56,735 nt of DNA, taken from assembly GCA_964653285.1 (NCBI GenBank), contig CAZZEX010000021.1, positions 1 through 56,735 on the forward strand, in the 5' to 3' direction. The notes beneath the pieces were generated by a model, which had not been told where the DNA came from, ran no database searches, and was given only the letters and a program-made list of their open reading frames with translations. The first letter of the stretch is position 1. The number at the start of each line of letters is the position of its first letter. The translations under genes and the position numbers were made by a program. Shown piece after piece: positions 19,058 through 30,764 of this stretch. The DNA comes from an uncultured Anaerolineales bacterium. GTDB taxonomy: Bacteria; Chloroflexota; Anaerolineae; B4-G1.

Positions 19058-19783
19058 ATGGACATCGCCAAGGCATTAGGTTTCGTGTTCGAAGACGAGG
19101 ATTGGGTGAGCAAGATCTTGCTGGGGGCGGCAATAATGCTGATCCCCATCTTTGGCGGGTTTGCGCTCATGGGATATGCCATCGCTGTCATCCGCAACGT
19201 CATGGCTGGCGAGCCCCGGCCCTTGCCTGCCTGGGATGATCTGGGGCGCTACTTCATGGATGGGTTGATGTTCTGGGTCGCCACCTTGATTTACGCGCTG
19301 CCCCTCTTCATCTTCATCTGCCCGATCGTGGTGGTCTGGGCTCTGCCAGCGATTGCCGGTGAGAGCGAGAACCTGAAGACTATCCTGATCAGCGCATCAG
19401 GGCTCGTGAGCGTGGGGCTGGGCTGCCTGGCGAGTCTGTACGGCATCCTCCTGGGGCTCCTGACGCCCGCGTTGCAGATACGATACGCGGAGACTGGTGA
19501 ACTCGGGGCCTGCCTCCGCTTTGGGGAAGTCTTCCGTTTCCTGTTCGCCAACATCGGGGGTATCATCATCGCCCAGATACTCTTGTGGGTGGCGGGCATG
19601 GTCATCGGGATGATAGTGAGTGTGCTGGCTGGCGTCTTGAGCATCATTCCCATCTGCGGGTGGATTCTGGGCGCAGCACTCGGCTTGCTGATGCTGCCTG
19701 TTGGTGTCTGGTTGGCCGTCTTCTCCGGCCATCTGTACGGTCAGATCGGTCACCAGGCCGGGATAGGCCCTCTGGAGGTCTGA
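19058..19783 (+). CDS. DUF4013-like membrane protein.
   Basis: MDIAKALGFVFEDEDWVSKILLGAAIMLIPIFGGFALMGYAIAVIRNVMAGEPRPLPAWDD matches my recollection of the DUF4013 N-terminus. RBS GGGAGGGTGCA. Confidence 0.7.
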   Translation: MDIAKALGFVFEDEDWVSKILLGAAIMLIPIFGGFALMGYAIAVIRNVMAGEPRPLPAWDDLGRYFMDGLMFWVATLIYALPLFIFICPIVVVWALPAIAGESENLKTILISASGLVSVGLGCLASLYGILLGLLTPALQIRYAETGELGACLRFGEVFRFLFANIGGIIIAQILLWVAGMVIGMIVSVLAGVLSIIPICGWILGAALGLLMLPVGVWLAVFSGHLYGQIGHQAGIGPLEV

Positions 19784-19857
19784 GTAGCGCATGCGACAAT
19801 AGGTCCCTGCAACGCGACGCCGGATACATCGTTCGGCAGTAGCGCAAAACTTGCTAT

Positions 19858-19927
19858 GTCACCCTGAGTGAAGCCGAAGGGTCTCGGTTCTCATATAGGC
19901 GAGATTCTTCGCTACGCTCAGAATGAC
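19858..19927. repeat. Palindromic dispersed element, copy 2 (shorter and divergent left arm).
   Basis: Right arm GAGATTCTTCGCTACGCTCAGAATGAC is identical to copy 1. The left arm is GTCACCCTGAGTGAAGCCGAAGGGTCTC. Confidence 0.65.
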
Positions 19928-20012
19928 GGTCTGTTGCCCAGTAACTTTTGCGGTACTGCGGCAGTTTATAGCAACTTTGGCGGTATTGCATCGTTTGTCT
20001 GGAGGACGCAAA

Positions 20013-20585
20013 ATGGTAGCACAAGCATTCTTGAGCCTGGCGACGGCCTTTGGCCTTTCGACCTCGGCCGGATTGAACGCCTACATCCCGCTCCTGGTCG
20101 TCGCACTCCTGGCCCGCTTCACGTCGCTGGTCACGCTCAACGAGCCGTACGACGCGCTGAGCAGTTGGTGGGTCATCGGCATACTGGCCGTGCTCCTGAT
20201 CGTCGAAATCCTGGTGGATAAGGTTCCCGCCGCCGACACTGTCAACGACGTTATCCAGACCTTCATCCGGCCGGCGGCCGGGGCGATCCTCTTCGCTGCC
20301 ACCACGAACACCGTCGGCGTCCACCCTGTTCTGGCGGCCATCTGCGGGGTGATCCTGGCTGGCGGCGTGCACGCCGTCAAGGCGGGAGGGCGACCGGTGG
20401 TGGCGGTCACAACTGCGGGGGTGGGTGATCCGATTGTGAGCACGATTGAGGACACCGTCTCGTTGGTGATATCGGTGCTGGCCATCGTGGCCCCCTACCT
20501 GGTGGTCGCCCTGATCGTGATCTCGCTGGCACTGTTCACCTGGTGGTACGTGCGCCGTCGGCAGCGGCGGGGGGCTAAGACTTAG
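20013..20585 (+). CDS. DUF4126-like membrane protein.
   Basis: Four TM helices, ...STSAGLNAYIPLLVVALLARF.... ATG 20013 follows GGAGGACGCAAA. The table ORF starts upstream at 19923. Confidence 0.7.
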   Translation: MVAQAFLSLATAFGLSTSAGLNAYIPLLVVALLARFTSLVTLNEPYDALSSWWVIGILAVLLIVEILVDKVPAADTVNDVIQTFIRPAAGAILFAATTNTVGVHPVLAAICGVILAGGVHAVKAGGRPVVAVTTAGVGDPIVSTIEDTVSLVISVLAIVAPYLVVALIVISLALFTWWYVRRRQRRGAKT

Positions 20586-20743
20586 GGGCTGTGAAGAAAT
20601 AACTTCCCGTTTTTGAAACTATCGGCTGCCGTAGGGCAGGTTGGCGGCGAGTCAGACGTGCAACCGTCTCGTATCGGCCACATCCGTCGTGGCCACCCCC
20701 CATCAAAGCAAATCACCAAAGCCGCCTACCTGCCATCCTGTTG

Positions 20744-23700
20744 TTATCCATCTCTCTTCGCCACCGGCAGGTAGTACTGCCACGGCTCCAGGAAGAGCCG
20801 GTACGCCACCGGCAGGTAGGCTCGCCACGGCTTCAGGAGGAGCCACGTCGCCCGCTCCCACGTCCCCCCCGTTCCATCCTCCAGAAAGGCCACGCTGTAC
20901 AGGGGCGGGTGAATGGGATTGGTAGGCAGGGTGAGCCAGTAGGTCAGAGTCACCCGGCCCCCGGCGCTCAGGGAGCCGTTCCAGCGCACCGTTTCAGTCA
21001 GTACCTCCGTCGTGCCTCCACCCATCCAGACCAGGGAGTCGGGGACAAGTGTGGCGTCCGCCGGGAGGAGGTTGGTGATCACCGCCGCAGGGGCATCTCC
21101 AGGGCCGGCGTTGGCGAGGGCCAGCGTGCAGGTGACTGTGGTGCCGGGCCGGGCAGGGGATGGGCTACATCGGAAAGCCGACGGAGAGAGATCGGGCGTG
21201 CCTACCCGCACCACAGCGGCGTGGTGGAAGCGGATGTCCTGATCCTCCAACCCGAAGCAGGCCATGTTGGCGATGAGGGTGCCGGTGGGGAGGCCGGCCG
21301 CCACGGTGACTCGATAAGTGGAGGTAATCGCTGCCCCCGGCCCGAGTGGCCCCTCCCAGGAGAATCGGTGCGTGAGCGGGTCGTAGGCAGCGGGTCCAGT
21401 CAGGCCGTCGGGGACCAGGGTAAGGCTGGAGGGCAGAGTGTTGGAGAGCGTAGCGCTGACCGTCTCCGGGCCGCTGTTGTGCAGGGCGGTGGTGTAGGTA
21501 AGCACGTCACTGCCAGAGATTGCACCCCGGTCGGCGGAGAAAGTCGAGCCGCCCAGCCAACTCAGCCACCCGACGACGCGCTTCATCACCTCGGCTCGGC
21601 CAGCCTCCGGCAGCGTCTCATACGGGAAGGAGAAAAACATTGTCCTGTAGTCTCCCTTCTGCCGCGCCAGCGAGATGGGACGGCGCTCCTGGTCGCGGAA
21701 GGGGACGGCGGTGCCGGGAGTGGGCACGACCGCGTCCGACCAGTTGTGAAAGGGGTAATCCAGCGAGTAGGGGCCCAGCCGGTCTCCGACGGGGTTCTCT
21801 GGCACCCCACACGCCAGCGTCGGCGTGACGTCCTCGGTGTGGGTCATCACCCCCAGGTAGTCCCAACTGAATAGGTCGTGCTGGTGGTAGTAAAGGAAGT
21901 CCTGAGAAGAGAGAAACAACCGTCCCCCGCCATCAAGGTATTCCGCCAGCGCCGCCTCCTCGTCGGCGGTCACCGGCGCGTACCAGTCGTAGCCGGTGAA
22001 CCAGACGATGATGGGGTAGTGCCGCAGCACGTCCGACGGGGGTCTGCCTTCCGGTCCTGCGCCGTTGGCTTCCTCGGTGTGGCAATAGTCGTAGTGGAAA
22101 CCACCGCTCGCCAACGCTGCTTCGTATTTGGTCTCTTGGTCGTACCAGCGGTCGTCGTCCACCAACAGGATGGGAGCAGGGACCTTGGACGTGAGGATGG
22201 CAGTCTGGGCCAGGGTGGGAGAAAGGGACGAACGGGCGGTGAGGGTGATCACGTCCCGTGCGTCCCACTCGGCGGTGGGGGGAGCGGTGACAGTCACCAC
22301 GATGGTGGCCGAGGTGCAGGGGGCCAGGGGGAGGGACTGGGCGCTGAGTTGGGTGGCCCAAGATACGCCGTCGAGCGAGAGGCTGACGGTATCGGTAGTA
22401 CCTCCCTGCCCCACGTGTCGCACCCGCAGTGCATGGGTGACGGCGGTGCCGGGGAGGCCGATGTGGGTCTGGGTGGCGGGGGTCAGTTCCAGGCCGGCGA
22501 CGGGGGGATCGGCCACCAGCCACGCCAGCGCCCGGCCCATCACCTCCCGGCGGGCGGCCCGGTCGTTGATGGCCTCCAAGCCGAACGAGAGGTAGATGAC
22601 CCGGTAGTCCAGGCAAGTCCCTACCCGCACTCCCCCGCAGCCATCCTCTTGATAGGTCAGTATCGGTGCGGCGGCGTCGGGGTCAGCGACGGCGATTTCG
22701 TCGGGGAAATCCTGGTTGTCGGCCCCGCCGGGGCCTGTGATGGTGATAGTCAGGCCAGCGAAGACGTCGTCTCCCAGCCCCTCCAGCACCCGCGCCTGCG
22801 CGTCGTCGCTGACGTAACGAGCCTTGAGGTAATCCTGGTAGTAGGTGCACCGGTGGATCAACGATCCGCCACCGTCCCAGAAGCCTACGTCCTGCCCGCT
22901 CAGGAGCAGCCGCCCCCCGGCGGAGAGGTAGCCGGTGATGGTATTCTGGGCGCCGATATAGCCAGGAGCGTCCTGTGGCGCGCTCCAGGCCACGGCATCA
23001 TAGGGGGACAGGTCGGCTACAGCCGGGATGTCGCCGGGCAGGTGCTTGATGGCCCATTCGTCGTAGGCGTAAGCCAGGTCGTCCAGCGCCTGGCGAAAGT
23101 AGTTGGCCTGGCTGCCGTAGTACCAGGGACCGCTGTCTACCAGGAGGATGGACGCGGCGGGAGGCAGAGCCAGGTCTGCCTCAATGCTCTGCCCGGCGAT
23201 GATGTGCACGGTGGTGGTAATGACCCGGTATCCCAGGCTGCGGGCGCGAAGGGTGTAGGTGCCAGCAGGGAGGGTGAAGACGTAGGCGCTGGCGGTGACT
23301 TCAAGGGGAGTATCCAGCACGGCGATGGCGGCCGTGACTGGCATGCCGGTGGCGGCGTCGGTGACTTGGCCACACAGGGTACCGGTGGGCAGCGGCTCGA
23401 GAGAGAAGCCCTGCACGCTCGTCGTGCCGGTCGTCACTACTACCCCCCAGGCAGTGGTGGGCTCGTAGCCGAAGGCAGAGGCGGTCAGGTCGTAGGTGGT
23501 GGGGGCCAGCGCCAACAGGTAGTTCCCGTCAGCATCGGTGGTGGTCGTCCCCCCGCCCTCGCCCCCGTGAGGGGTGGCGGCGACCGTTGCCCCGGCGATG
23601 GGTGCACCATCTCCGTCCCGTACCACTGTCCCGGCGATGAGGCCAGGCTGGGCCAGCGCGGCGACGGCGGCAAAACCGTCCACCCGGCCCCAGCCGGCGT

Positions 23701-25250
23701 CGTTGTTGGGGATGGGGTCGCCCAGGGGGGCGGCGGTGCTGGTGATGAGGAGGGCAGCACGGGTGATACTCAGCGTGGGGCTGACCGAGCGCAGGAGAGC
23801 GGCGATGCCGGAGACGTGGGGGGCGGCCATCGAGGTGCCGCTCATCGGGCCGTAAGCGCCCCCCGGCAGGCTGGAGCGTACATTCACCCCAGGCGCGGCC
23901 ACGTGGGGACGGACCTCCCCCCAGGGGGAAGGACCCCGGCTGGAGAAGCCAGCCACCTCGTCGTCGGAGTCGGTGGCGCCGGCGGCGAAGGCTTCGGGCA
24001 GGGAAGCCGGTGAGTCGACCGTGCCCCCGTTGGGGCCATTGTTGCCATTGGCAAAGACGGCGAAGATGCCGGCAGCCTGCAGAGCCCGCAGATCGGGTTG
24101 AAAGGTGGTCAGAGAGCCATTTTCGTTGCTCCAGGAGGAGTTGACCACATCGGGGGCTCGGGACGGGTCGCCGCCAGGAGCCAGGAGCCACTGGAACCCC
24201 TCGTGGATCCAGGAGTCGTAGCCGTAGCCCTGATTATTCAGGACTTTGACCGCGATCCATCGTGCCCCGGGTGCAACGCCGATGCCATCCTGCCCGACGA
24301 TGGTACCCAGTGTGTGGCTACCATGGCCGTGGCCGTCCACCGGGTAGAGCGCACCGCCACCGGTGGCGTCGTGCCAACTGTAGGTGTGGTTGGCCGGCCC
24401 GTGAGGGTCGTAGCCCCGGTAGTTGGCCTGCAGCGCCGGGTGGAGCCAGTCCACTCCCGTGTCCATCCCCGCCACGACGGCCCCGGTGCCGGAGACGTGG
24501 AGGGAGGCCCAGACCTGGTCGGCGCGGATGCGGGCAACGTTCCACTCGATTGCAGAACAAGAATCCAGGTTTTCTCCTAAAAACCTGGTTTCTGGAAGGG
24601 TCGTGAGTTGCGAATTTGGGGTTCGGGGTTCGGGGTTTGGGATTTCGGTGGCGAGCCACTGGCGGTAATGATCCAGGCGAACGGCGGCGACGGTGGGATG
24701 AGCGGCGAGGGCCCGGATGAGGGACGGGCGCGCGCGGACGGCGATGCCGTTGAAGATCCAGAAAGGGGTGTAGGAATCCACCAGCCCGGCGGCCCGTGCC
24801 CCCTCCAGATAGGCCCGCAGCGAGGCTTGAGAACGGGCGGCGTTGGCCTGCAGTGCCGAGACGACGCGGGGGCGGGCCTCGGTCGTATTCAGCGCTCCGC
24901 CGACCGCCGCCTCGAGATCGGCCTGCTCGCGCAGGTGAACAATGACGCGAAGATACTCATCGGACTCTGCCTCAAGCAGAGCCCGCAATAGTTCCGGCTC
25001 AATGGGAGGCCCGTCCTGCTCAATTCCTCTCATTGGTCCAGGGGTGGACAGTTGCCACGGCGGTGAGAGCACAGCAGGCGTCGCTTCCCATCCGGGCGTC
25101 TCCCGGTAGAGGGGGAAACCTGGCTCTTCTCCCTGTTGAGGACTCCCCCCTTCGATTCTGTCGATCTGGGGGGAGTCAAGTGCGGGAATGCCCGCACTTG
25201 TCAACAGGAAGAATATGAGTATCATACTTGCGATGCGGTAGAGTGTGCTC
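20744..25250 (-). CDS. Large secreted subtilisin-like serine protease (S8) with an I9-like propeptide, carboxypeptidase-regulatory-like and CARDB/DUF11-like beta-sandwich domains (about 1500 aa).
   Basis: Signal peptide MSTLYRIASMILIFFLLTSAG. Catalytic triad contexts VVAGMDTGVD, HGHGSHTLGT, GTSMAAPHVSG. Multiple Ig-like repeats. Degenerate 45-bp tandem repeat at the 3' end. Confidence 0.9.
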
Positions 25251-25332
25251 ATTTTTGCCCTTCGCTCAATCCACCAACTTCCAATCATTATACCATCGGA
25301 GGTCAGGGAACGGAAATTCTGGAGGTGTCACC

Positions 25333-26310
25333 ATGCTGACGGAGAAACTATCACGTGTGTCCATCGCCCACCTGCCCACTCCGCTGGAGCCGCTGCCCCG
25401 GTTGAGCGCAGCGCTGGGCGGCCCAGAGTTGTGGATCAAGCGGGATGACCAGACCGGGTTGGCGACGGGTGGCAACAAGGCCCGCAAATTAGAATACCTG
25501 GTAGCCGACGCACTGGCGCAAGGGGCCGACATGCTCATCACCGCCGGTGCGGCCCAGTCCAACCACGCCCGCCAGACGGCGGCGGCTGCGGCCAAGTTCG
25601 GGCTGGCCTGTGCGCTGGTATTGCGAGGGGAGGAACCGCCGCACATGCAGGGCAACCTGCTGCTGGACCGGCTGCTGGGCGCGGAGGTGGTCTGGGCGGG
25701 GGGCCGGCCATTGGCCGAGGCGATGAATCGGGTGGCCGAGGAATTGCGGGCGGCTGGCCGCCGTCCCTACGTTATCCCTTACGGCGGGAGCAACCCTATC
25801 GGGGCCAGCGGATACGTGGCGGCGATGGAGGAGTTGCTGGCACAGTGCGCGGAGCGGGACGTGCGCTTCGATCACATCGTGCTACCCTCCTCCAGCGGTG
25901 GTACGCAGGCGGGGTTGGTGGTGGGAGCGCGGGCGCTGGAGCACGAGGGGTGCATCCTGGGCATCAGCGTGGACCCGCGGGCCGGGGCGCTAACCCGCAC
26001 GCTGGCGGGGTTGGCGACGGCCACAGCGGACCACCTGGGACTGGGGCAGGCGTTCGCCCCGCAGGACTTCGCCGTGAACGACGGCTACCTGGGCGGCGGG
26101 TACGGCGTGGTGGGGGAACTGGAGCGGGAGGCGATCCGCGCCATGGCTCGCACAGAAGGGATACTGCTCGGTCCGGTCTACACTGGGCGGGCCTTTGGAG
26201 GCCTCATGGATCTGATCCGCCGGAGCGGTTTCCGGCCCGACGAGCGGGTGCTTTTCTGGCACACTGGCGGGACGGCGGGGCTATTCGGGCATGGGGATGA
26301 GGTGATCTGA
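25333..26310 (+). CDS. PLP-dependent D-cysteine desulfhydrase / ACC-deaminase-family enzyme.
   Basis: ...WIKRDDQTGLATGGNKARKLEYL.... The lysine in GGNKARK is the PLP site. RBS GGAGGTG. Confidence 0.85.
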   Translation: MLTEKLSRVSIAHLPTPLEPLPRLSAALGGPELWIKRDDQTGLATGGNKARKLEYLVADALAQGADMLITAGAAQSNHARQTAAAAAKFGLACALVLRGEEPPHMQGNLLLDRLLGAEVVWAGGRPLAEAMNRVAEELRAAGRRPYVIPYGGSNPIGASGYVAAMEELLAQCAERDVRFDHIVLPSSSGGTQAGLVVGARALEHEGCILGISVDPRAGALTRTLAGLATATADHLGLGQAFAPQDFAVNDGYLGGGYGVVGELEREAIRAMARTEGILLGPVYTGRAFGGLMDLIRRSGFRPDERVLFWHTGGTAGLFGHGDEVI

Positions 26311-26335
26311 CCACCGGCATGCTCAGCAATAGTGC

Positions 26336-26364
26336 TTGCGCTTGGGATAGATTTGTGATATTCT
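26336..26364 (+). promoter_or_regulatory. Candidate promoter TTGCGC-17-TGaTATTCT (extended -10) for the zinc-ribbon / SPFH operon.
   Basis: -35 26336-26341, -10 TATTCT 26359-26364 with upstream TG. Confidence 0.4.
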
Positions 26365-26418
26365 TTGGGTCAACGGGTCGTGAGACTAGATGGCCCCAGT
26401 GGGCGAGGGCAATGAAGC

Positions 26419-27552
26419 ATGCCTGAATGCATTGTTTGCAAAGGGCACTACGAGGTGGGGCAACGCTGCGAGCGCTGCGGTGCTGACAACAGCGCCTGGG
26501 AGGAGTGGAAACGTGAAGAGGAAGGACTCGGCGCACCGGAGGCCCTGTTGCACTTTCTGGCACCTCATCTCTTCCTGCCTCTGATGGTCGCTGGCTGGGC
26601 ACTGATCTTTGGTCTACTGGGAATGCTCTGGCCCTGGGGCGGGGTCAAGCCGCATGTGCTTGTGCCGGTTATCGCGTTTACCTTCATCGGGTGCATCCTC
26701 GCGGCTGTGGACATCTATGAAAAGCGCTTTGACTTGCGCGAAAAGGAGTTGCTCAGAAAGATCAGGCGGGGACGGAAGAAAGGGATCGGGATCGAAGTGC
26801 GGACTTTGCTTGTGCCCGCCATTGTTCTCAGCCTGGCAATGATTTTGACGCTATCTCTGATACAGAGCGAGACACTTTGGGAGTTAGTGGGATGGCTGGT
26901 GCTCGAACCCCGGCCCGGCGATTCTGGCGTCGAAGAAACGCCTGCGCAACAGGAGGAAACCTCCAGCGAAGGCGCTCCATTGCCCCAGGAGAAACCAGAC
27001 ATCCAAGAGAGGTTCGGGCGGGCTTTTCCTTTGATGTGCCTGAGTGGTTACGTCACCCTTGTTGCTTTCGCCTATTCTTCCTCGCTGATGCTGGCGCGGG
27101 TATACGCCAGGCGGCTGAATGAGCGGCTGCCGCATCCAATCTTTTTGCAAGACGAGAAACTGGCCCAGATTGTACGGCGGGAGGCTGAGGTTGAGTTGGG
27201 CCGGCTCGATCCCAAGAGCACAAACGTGATAAGCCTGATGGGCTATCTGCAGTTCGAGGGCCAGACCGATCCGCAAATTCTTCACCTTTCCCCGAGTGTG
27301 GAGCTGTCAACTGCGGTAGGGGTTCCGTTATCGCCACAGGTTCAGCTGTGGGGCCAGGCCGCCACCTGGGTCTGGGACGAGTTAACCCGCACCGATGATG
27401 GCGGCATCGAGATGAAGGTCGCCCGGCAGGAGATGTACCAACTGCCCCAACCAACTCAGAACTCAGGCCACCGTCCCCACCCACGAGTGTGCTACGTCGT
27501 GCGTGCAGACCCGTGGGGGCACATCATCGAGATCAAGCGGGATATCGAGTAG
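26419..27552 (+). CDS. Membrane protein with N-terminal zinc ribbon (CxxC...CxxC), four TM helices and a cytoplasmic C-terminal region. Function unknown.
   Basis: MPECIVCKGHYEVGQRCERCGAD. Hydrophobic segments. Confidence 0.6.
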   Translation: MPECIVCKGHYEVGQRCERCGADNSAWEEWKREEEGLGAPEALLHFLAPHLFLPLMVAGWALIFGLLGMLWPWGGVKPHVLVPVIAFTFIGCILAAVDIYEKRFDLREKELLRKIRRGRKKGIGIEVRTLLVPAIVLSLAMILTLSLIQSETLWELVGWLVLEPRPGDSGVEETPAQQEETSSEGAPLPQEKPDIQERFGRAFPLMCLSGYVTLVAFAYSSSLMLARVYARRLNERLPHPIFLQDEKLAQIVRREAEVELGRLDPKSTNVISLMGYLQFEGQTDPQILHLSPSVELSTAVGVPLSPQVQLWGQAATWVWDELTRTDDGGIEMKVARQEMYQLPQPTQNSGHRPHPRVCYVVRADPWGHIIEIKRDIE

Positions 27553-27579
27553 ACACAGCAGGCTTGTGAATTCGGTGCG

Positions 27580-29274
27580 ATGGAAATCTTGCCGGAAATC
27601 TTGAACGACATATCAATCCTTGTGACGGTTGTGGTCGGGGGCACGGTGGCCACCGTCGCTTTTCTTGGGCTGGCCATGTTCTCGCGGCGCGACGGATTGA
27701 TGGTATTAACGATACGCCTCATCGTAGGGGCGTTCTGCGCCCTCGTCTACCTCGGGCTGGCAATGAGATTCTCGCTCAGCGGCCCGATGGTCGTCTTCTT
27801 GAGCGCCCTGATTGCGGAACCGCTACAAATTCCGCTCTCGTACGTTTGGATGCCCACCAATAAGTGGTTTCGGCGGTGGGTACCCTGCGTCGTGTGGCTT
27901 TATCTCTGGGTCACGGCTCTCATTGGCTGGCGATCCGGATGGCTGGGGCTGCTGATCGTCACGCTGCCGGCGCTCCTCATCGCCGGGCTAGGGCTCTTCT
28001 TTGTGGCCGGCTATCTTTTGCCCTTCCCGAAGCAAGACCTATACCGGGGCAAGCATCCTGCGCCCGGCGCAAGGGGCATACCGACTTTCGGTCAGGAGAT
28101 TCGGGATTTTCTTGATCTCCTTCGCTATCCCCAAAATCGGGAAGCCCGGAAGCAATGTATCGAACAGCGCCGGAAGGCCCTCCAGTGTCTCCTGACGTAT
28201 ACGCTGGGGACGAACCGCCCTTACTACGTCGTCATAGACGAAAAGATCGCAGAACGCGCTGAGGGTACCACTACCTGGTTGACAGAGGAGGAGAAACTGA
28301 TTCAGCGGGTGGATGGCGCTATCTTTGGAGAGTTCCTGGCGGGTCCAGGTATTGTCCTCACTGGCTGCGACCAGGCCGTCGCCATCTCCACTGGCCAGAA
28401 GTTCAAAGGGGCCAAAGGCCCCGGCATCGTCTTCACCGGCTACACTGACCTTCCCGCGCACGTCGTTGACCTGCGAGTGCAGTTATGTGCCTTCCCGGTG
28501 GAGGCCTGGACAAAGGATGGCATCGCCATTAGAGTCACTACGTTCATCCCGTTCCAGATCGGCACAGGCAAAGAAGAACCGGCCCTGGGGCAGGGGTTCC
28601 CCTATCGTTCCAGCGACGTCTTCAAGGCGGTACACGCGCAACTGATGGAGCACGTGGACCCGTCCCAGGTGCCGGAGAGTCTGGAGGAGCAGAAGTGGTA
28701 CGATCTGCCCCGTCTGGCCGGCGAGCGCATCGTGCGCGAGATTATCTCCCGCTACGAGTTCGACGAGCTCTACACGCCATTTGAGTTGCACACAGACCTC
28801 GGCCAGGATCCCCGTTCCAGGATCGGCAAAGAAATGCGAGAGGAACTGAACCAGACACTGCCAGGTTGGGGTATCCAATGCATAGGCTGTGGCATCGGTA
28901 ACATAGTGCCGGTGGACGAGCGCGTGATCGAACAGCGTATCGAGGCCTGGAGGACCGACTGGGCGCGCAAGATCATGCTTCAACAGGCTGCGGGCCAGGC
29001 CAGGCGGCTACGCCTGGTGGAGCAGGCGCGGGCGCAGGCACAGATTGACATCGTCTTGGCTGTCGGCAGACGCCTGGAGCGACTGCGAGCCGCCGGGGGC
29101 CCTGTTCCATTGGACGCCATTGTGCTCTATTTCGTCGAGGTGCTGGAAGAGTTGGCCGGAAGGTCGGCGTTGCGCAAGCTCCTCCCAGGAGATATGGACA
29201 CCATTATACAGCGTGCACGCGGGGCGATCGGAAGGGGGCCAGCCGGCGCGGAGGGGGAACAGACCAATGCGTAG
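27580..29274 (+). CDS. SPFH/band-7 (flotillin-like) domain membrane protein with multi-TM N-terminus, paralog 1.
   Basis: ...GPGIVFTGYTDLPAHVVDLRVQLCAFPVEAWTKDGIAIRVTTFIPFQI... SPFH core. C-terminal coiled-coil (RRLRLVEQARAQAQIDIVLAV). Confidence 0.7.
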   Translation: MEILPEILNDISILVTVVVGGTVATVAFLGLAMFSRRDGLMVLTIRLIVGAFCALVYLGLAMRFSLSGPMVVFLSALIAEPLQIPLSYVWMPTNKWFRRWVPCVVWLYLWVTALIGWRSGWLGLLIVTLPALLIAGLGLFFVAGYLLPFPKQDLYRGKHPAPGARGIPTFGQEIRDFLDLLRYPQNREARKQCIEQRRKALQCLLTYTLGTNRPYYVVIDEKIAERAEGTTTWLTEEEKLIQRVDGAIFGEFLAGPGIVLTGCDQAVAISTGQKFKGAKGPGIVFTGYTDLPAHVVDLRVQLCAFPVEAWTKDGIAIRVTTFIPFQIGTGKEEPALGQGFPYRSSDVFKAVHAQLMEHVDPSQVPESLEEQKWYDLPRLAGERIVREIISRYEFDELYTPFELHTDLGQDPRSRIGKEMREELNQTLPGWGIQCIGCGIGNIVPVDERVIEQRIEAWRTDWARKIMLQQAAGQARRLRLVEQARAQAQIDIVLAVGRRLERLRAAGGPVPLDAIVLYFVEVLEELAGRSALRKLLPGDMDTIIQRARGAIGRGPAGAEGEQTNA

Positions 29275-30697
29275 GAAAGTTGAGTCCCAGTACTTCAAGC
29301 GTCTGTCTGTACTTCTGCTGCTGGTTGCACTGGTGTTCCTCCTCGGTGGCCAAGCGGAATTTCACCGTCGCCAGATAGACCTGACGGCGTTGGACGTCAG
29401 AGCCATAGCCATTTTGATGGTCAGCCTGCTCCCCGCTGCTGTACTCAACTCGCTCCCGGCATTTGTGGCGCTGGTTGCCATCCCGTGGCTGGCCTCGCGT
29501 TTCATCTACACTCTCTACGACCCGAAGAACCTAAAGGAAGCCCACGAGTTCTTGCACCGTAACGTGTTTGGCATGGCGACGCTTAGGCCAATTCTGATCG
29601 TGAAAGAAGGGCACATCGCCGTTGGCGCGGGCAGCCTGTGCGACCGTATCGGTGGCCGCGGTTTCATGGTGGTCCACAACGACAGCGCGGTGGTGTTGGA
29701 AAAGGGGGGGCGTCTGACCCGTGTCGTGGGGGGGCCTTCTTTGGGTTTTCTTGAACGCTTCGAGCGGGTCTGGGAGGTCGTCGACCTGCGCCGTCAGCGC
29801 TGGCTCCTCACTGTTAACGGGATGACCAAGGAGGGCATCCCCATCGCCTGCCAGGCCGACATCACCTTCAAGATTGACGACCGGTTTGTTGATCAATGGG
29901 AAGATATGCAGCAAACGCTACCAGTCGAGACAGAGATCCAGCCATTCACGGATGCAGCGATCGCCGCGGAACTGGAGAAGGCCGGAATAGCGAAACCCCT
30001 CCCCTACACGGAGGAGGCGGTGTTCAAGGCAGCCACGAGCATCTGGGTCCGCGTCCGCCAACCGGACCATAAAGAGCAACTGAGGAAGTGGACGGGGCGG
30101 GTGGTGATTGGCGAGGTGGAAGGCACCTTGCGCTCCATCCTGGCCCGCTACCGGCTCGACTGGCTCATGCGGCCGTCCCAGCCGGGGCAAAAGCATCCCC
30201 GGGAGGAGATACGGGGGCTGTTGGAGCAAGCACTGCGCGATGCGTTTCCGGTGGGCAACCCCATCGGCGCCCGGATTCTCCACGTGGGCCTGGGGCGGAT
30301 TGACGTGAAGGACGAGAGGATCTCCACCCAATGGGTCAAAGCCTGGCAGGCCGGGTGGGAGCAGAGAGCGGTGGAGGGCCGGGCGGAGGGAGAGGCGGAG
30401 ATGGCGCGCCTGCAGGCGGCTCAGGTGCGGGCGCAGGCGGAGATGGCCCTGGCCCTCACAGAGGCGATCCGGCCGCTCGTTACCAGCGTAGAGGAATTCC
30501 CCTCCTACCTGCTCGCTATGCAGTTTATCGAGACCCTGCGGTGGATGGCCTACGACCCGTGGAAGCGGGTCTTCCTACCACCCGAGGCACTGCGGACGCT
30601 CGACGAACTGGAGAAGATGATGGATAAGGCGGGTGTATCTCCGGACGAGACCCGCTCGGAGATCAGACGGCTGCTGGCAGAAGCGAGAGAGACATGA
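29267..30697 (+). CDS. SPFH/band-7 domain membrane protein, paralog 2.
   Basis: ...GRGFMVVHNDSAVVLEKGGRLTRVVGGPSLGFLERFERVWEVVDLRRQRWLLTVNGMTKEGIPIACQADITFKI... is collinear with paralog 1. EA-rich coiled coil. ATG 29267 overlaps the upstream stop by 8 bp. The table ORF starts earlier at 29045. Confidence 0.7.
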   Translation: MRRKVESQYFKRLSVLLLLVALVFLLGGQAEFHRRQIDLTALDVRAIAILMVSLLPAAVLNSLPAFVALVAIPWLASRFIYTLYDPKNLKEAHEFLHRNVFGMATLRPILIVKEGHIAVGAGSLCDRIGGRGFMVVHNDSAVVLEKGGRLTRVVGGPSLGFLERFERVWEVVDLRRQRWLLTVNGMTKEGIPIACQADITFKIDDRFVDQWEDMQQTLPVETEIQPFTDAAIAAELEKAGIAKPLPYTEEAVFKAATSIWVRVRQPDHKEQLRKWTGRVVIGEVEGTLRSILARYRLDWLMRPSQPGQKHPREEIRGLLEQALRDAFPVGNPIGARILHVGLGRIDVKDERISTQWVKAWQAGWEQRAVEGRAEGEAEMARLQAAQVRAQAEMALALTEAIRPLVTSVEEFPSYLLAMQFIETLRWMAYDPWKRVFLPPEALRTLDELEKMMDKAGVSPDETRSEIRRLLAEARET

Positions 30698-30764
30698 GTA
30701 ACCCGGAGACGACGTACAGGCTTTGAACCCGTATCAAGAGGCCTGGTAACAGTTATCGGGTCGG

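Noticed and set aside
20744-25288. Long antisense ORFs (for example 21878..24013 +, 711 aa; 23529..24191; 21933..22616) overlapping the S8 protease gene
   Set aside because: These are typical spurious open frames in high-GC DNA. They have no recognisable motifs and lie antisense to a gene with clear catalytic signatures.
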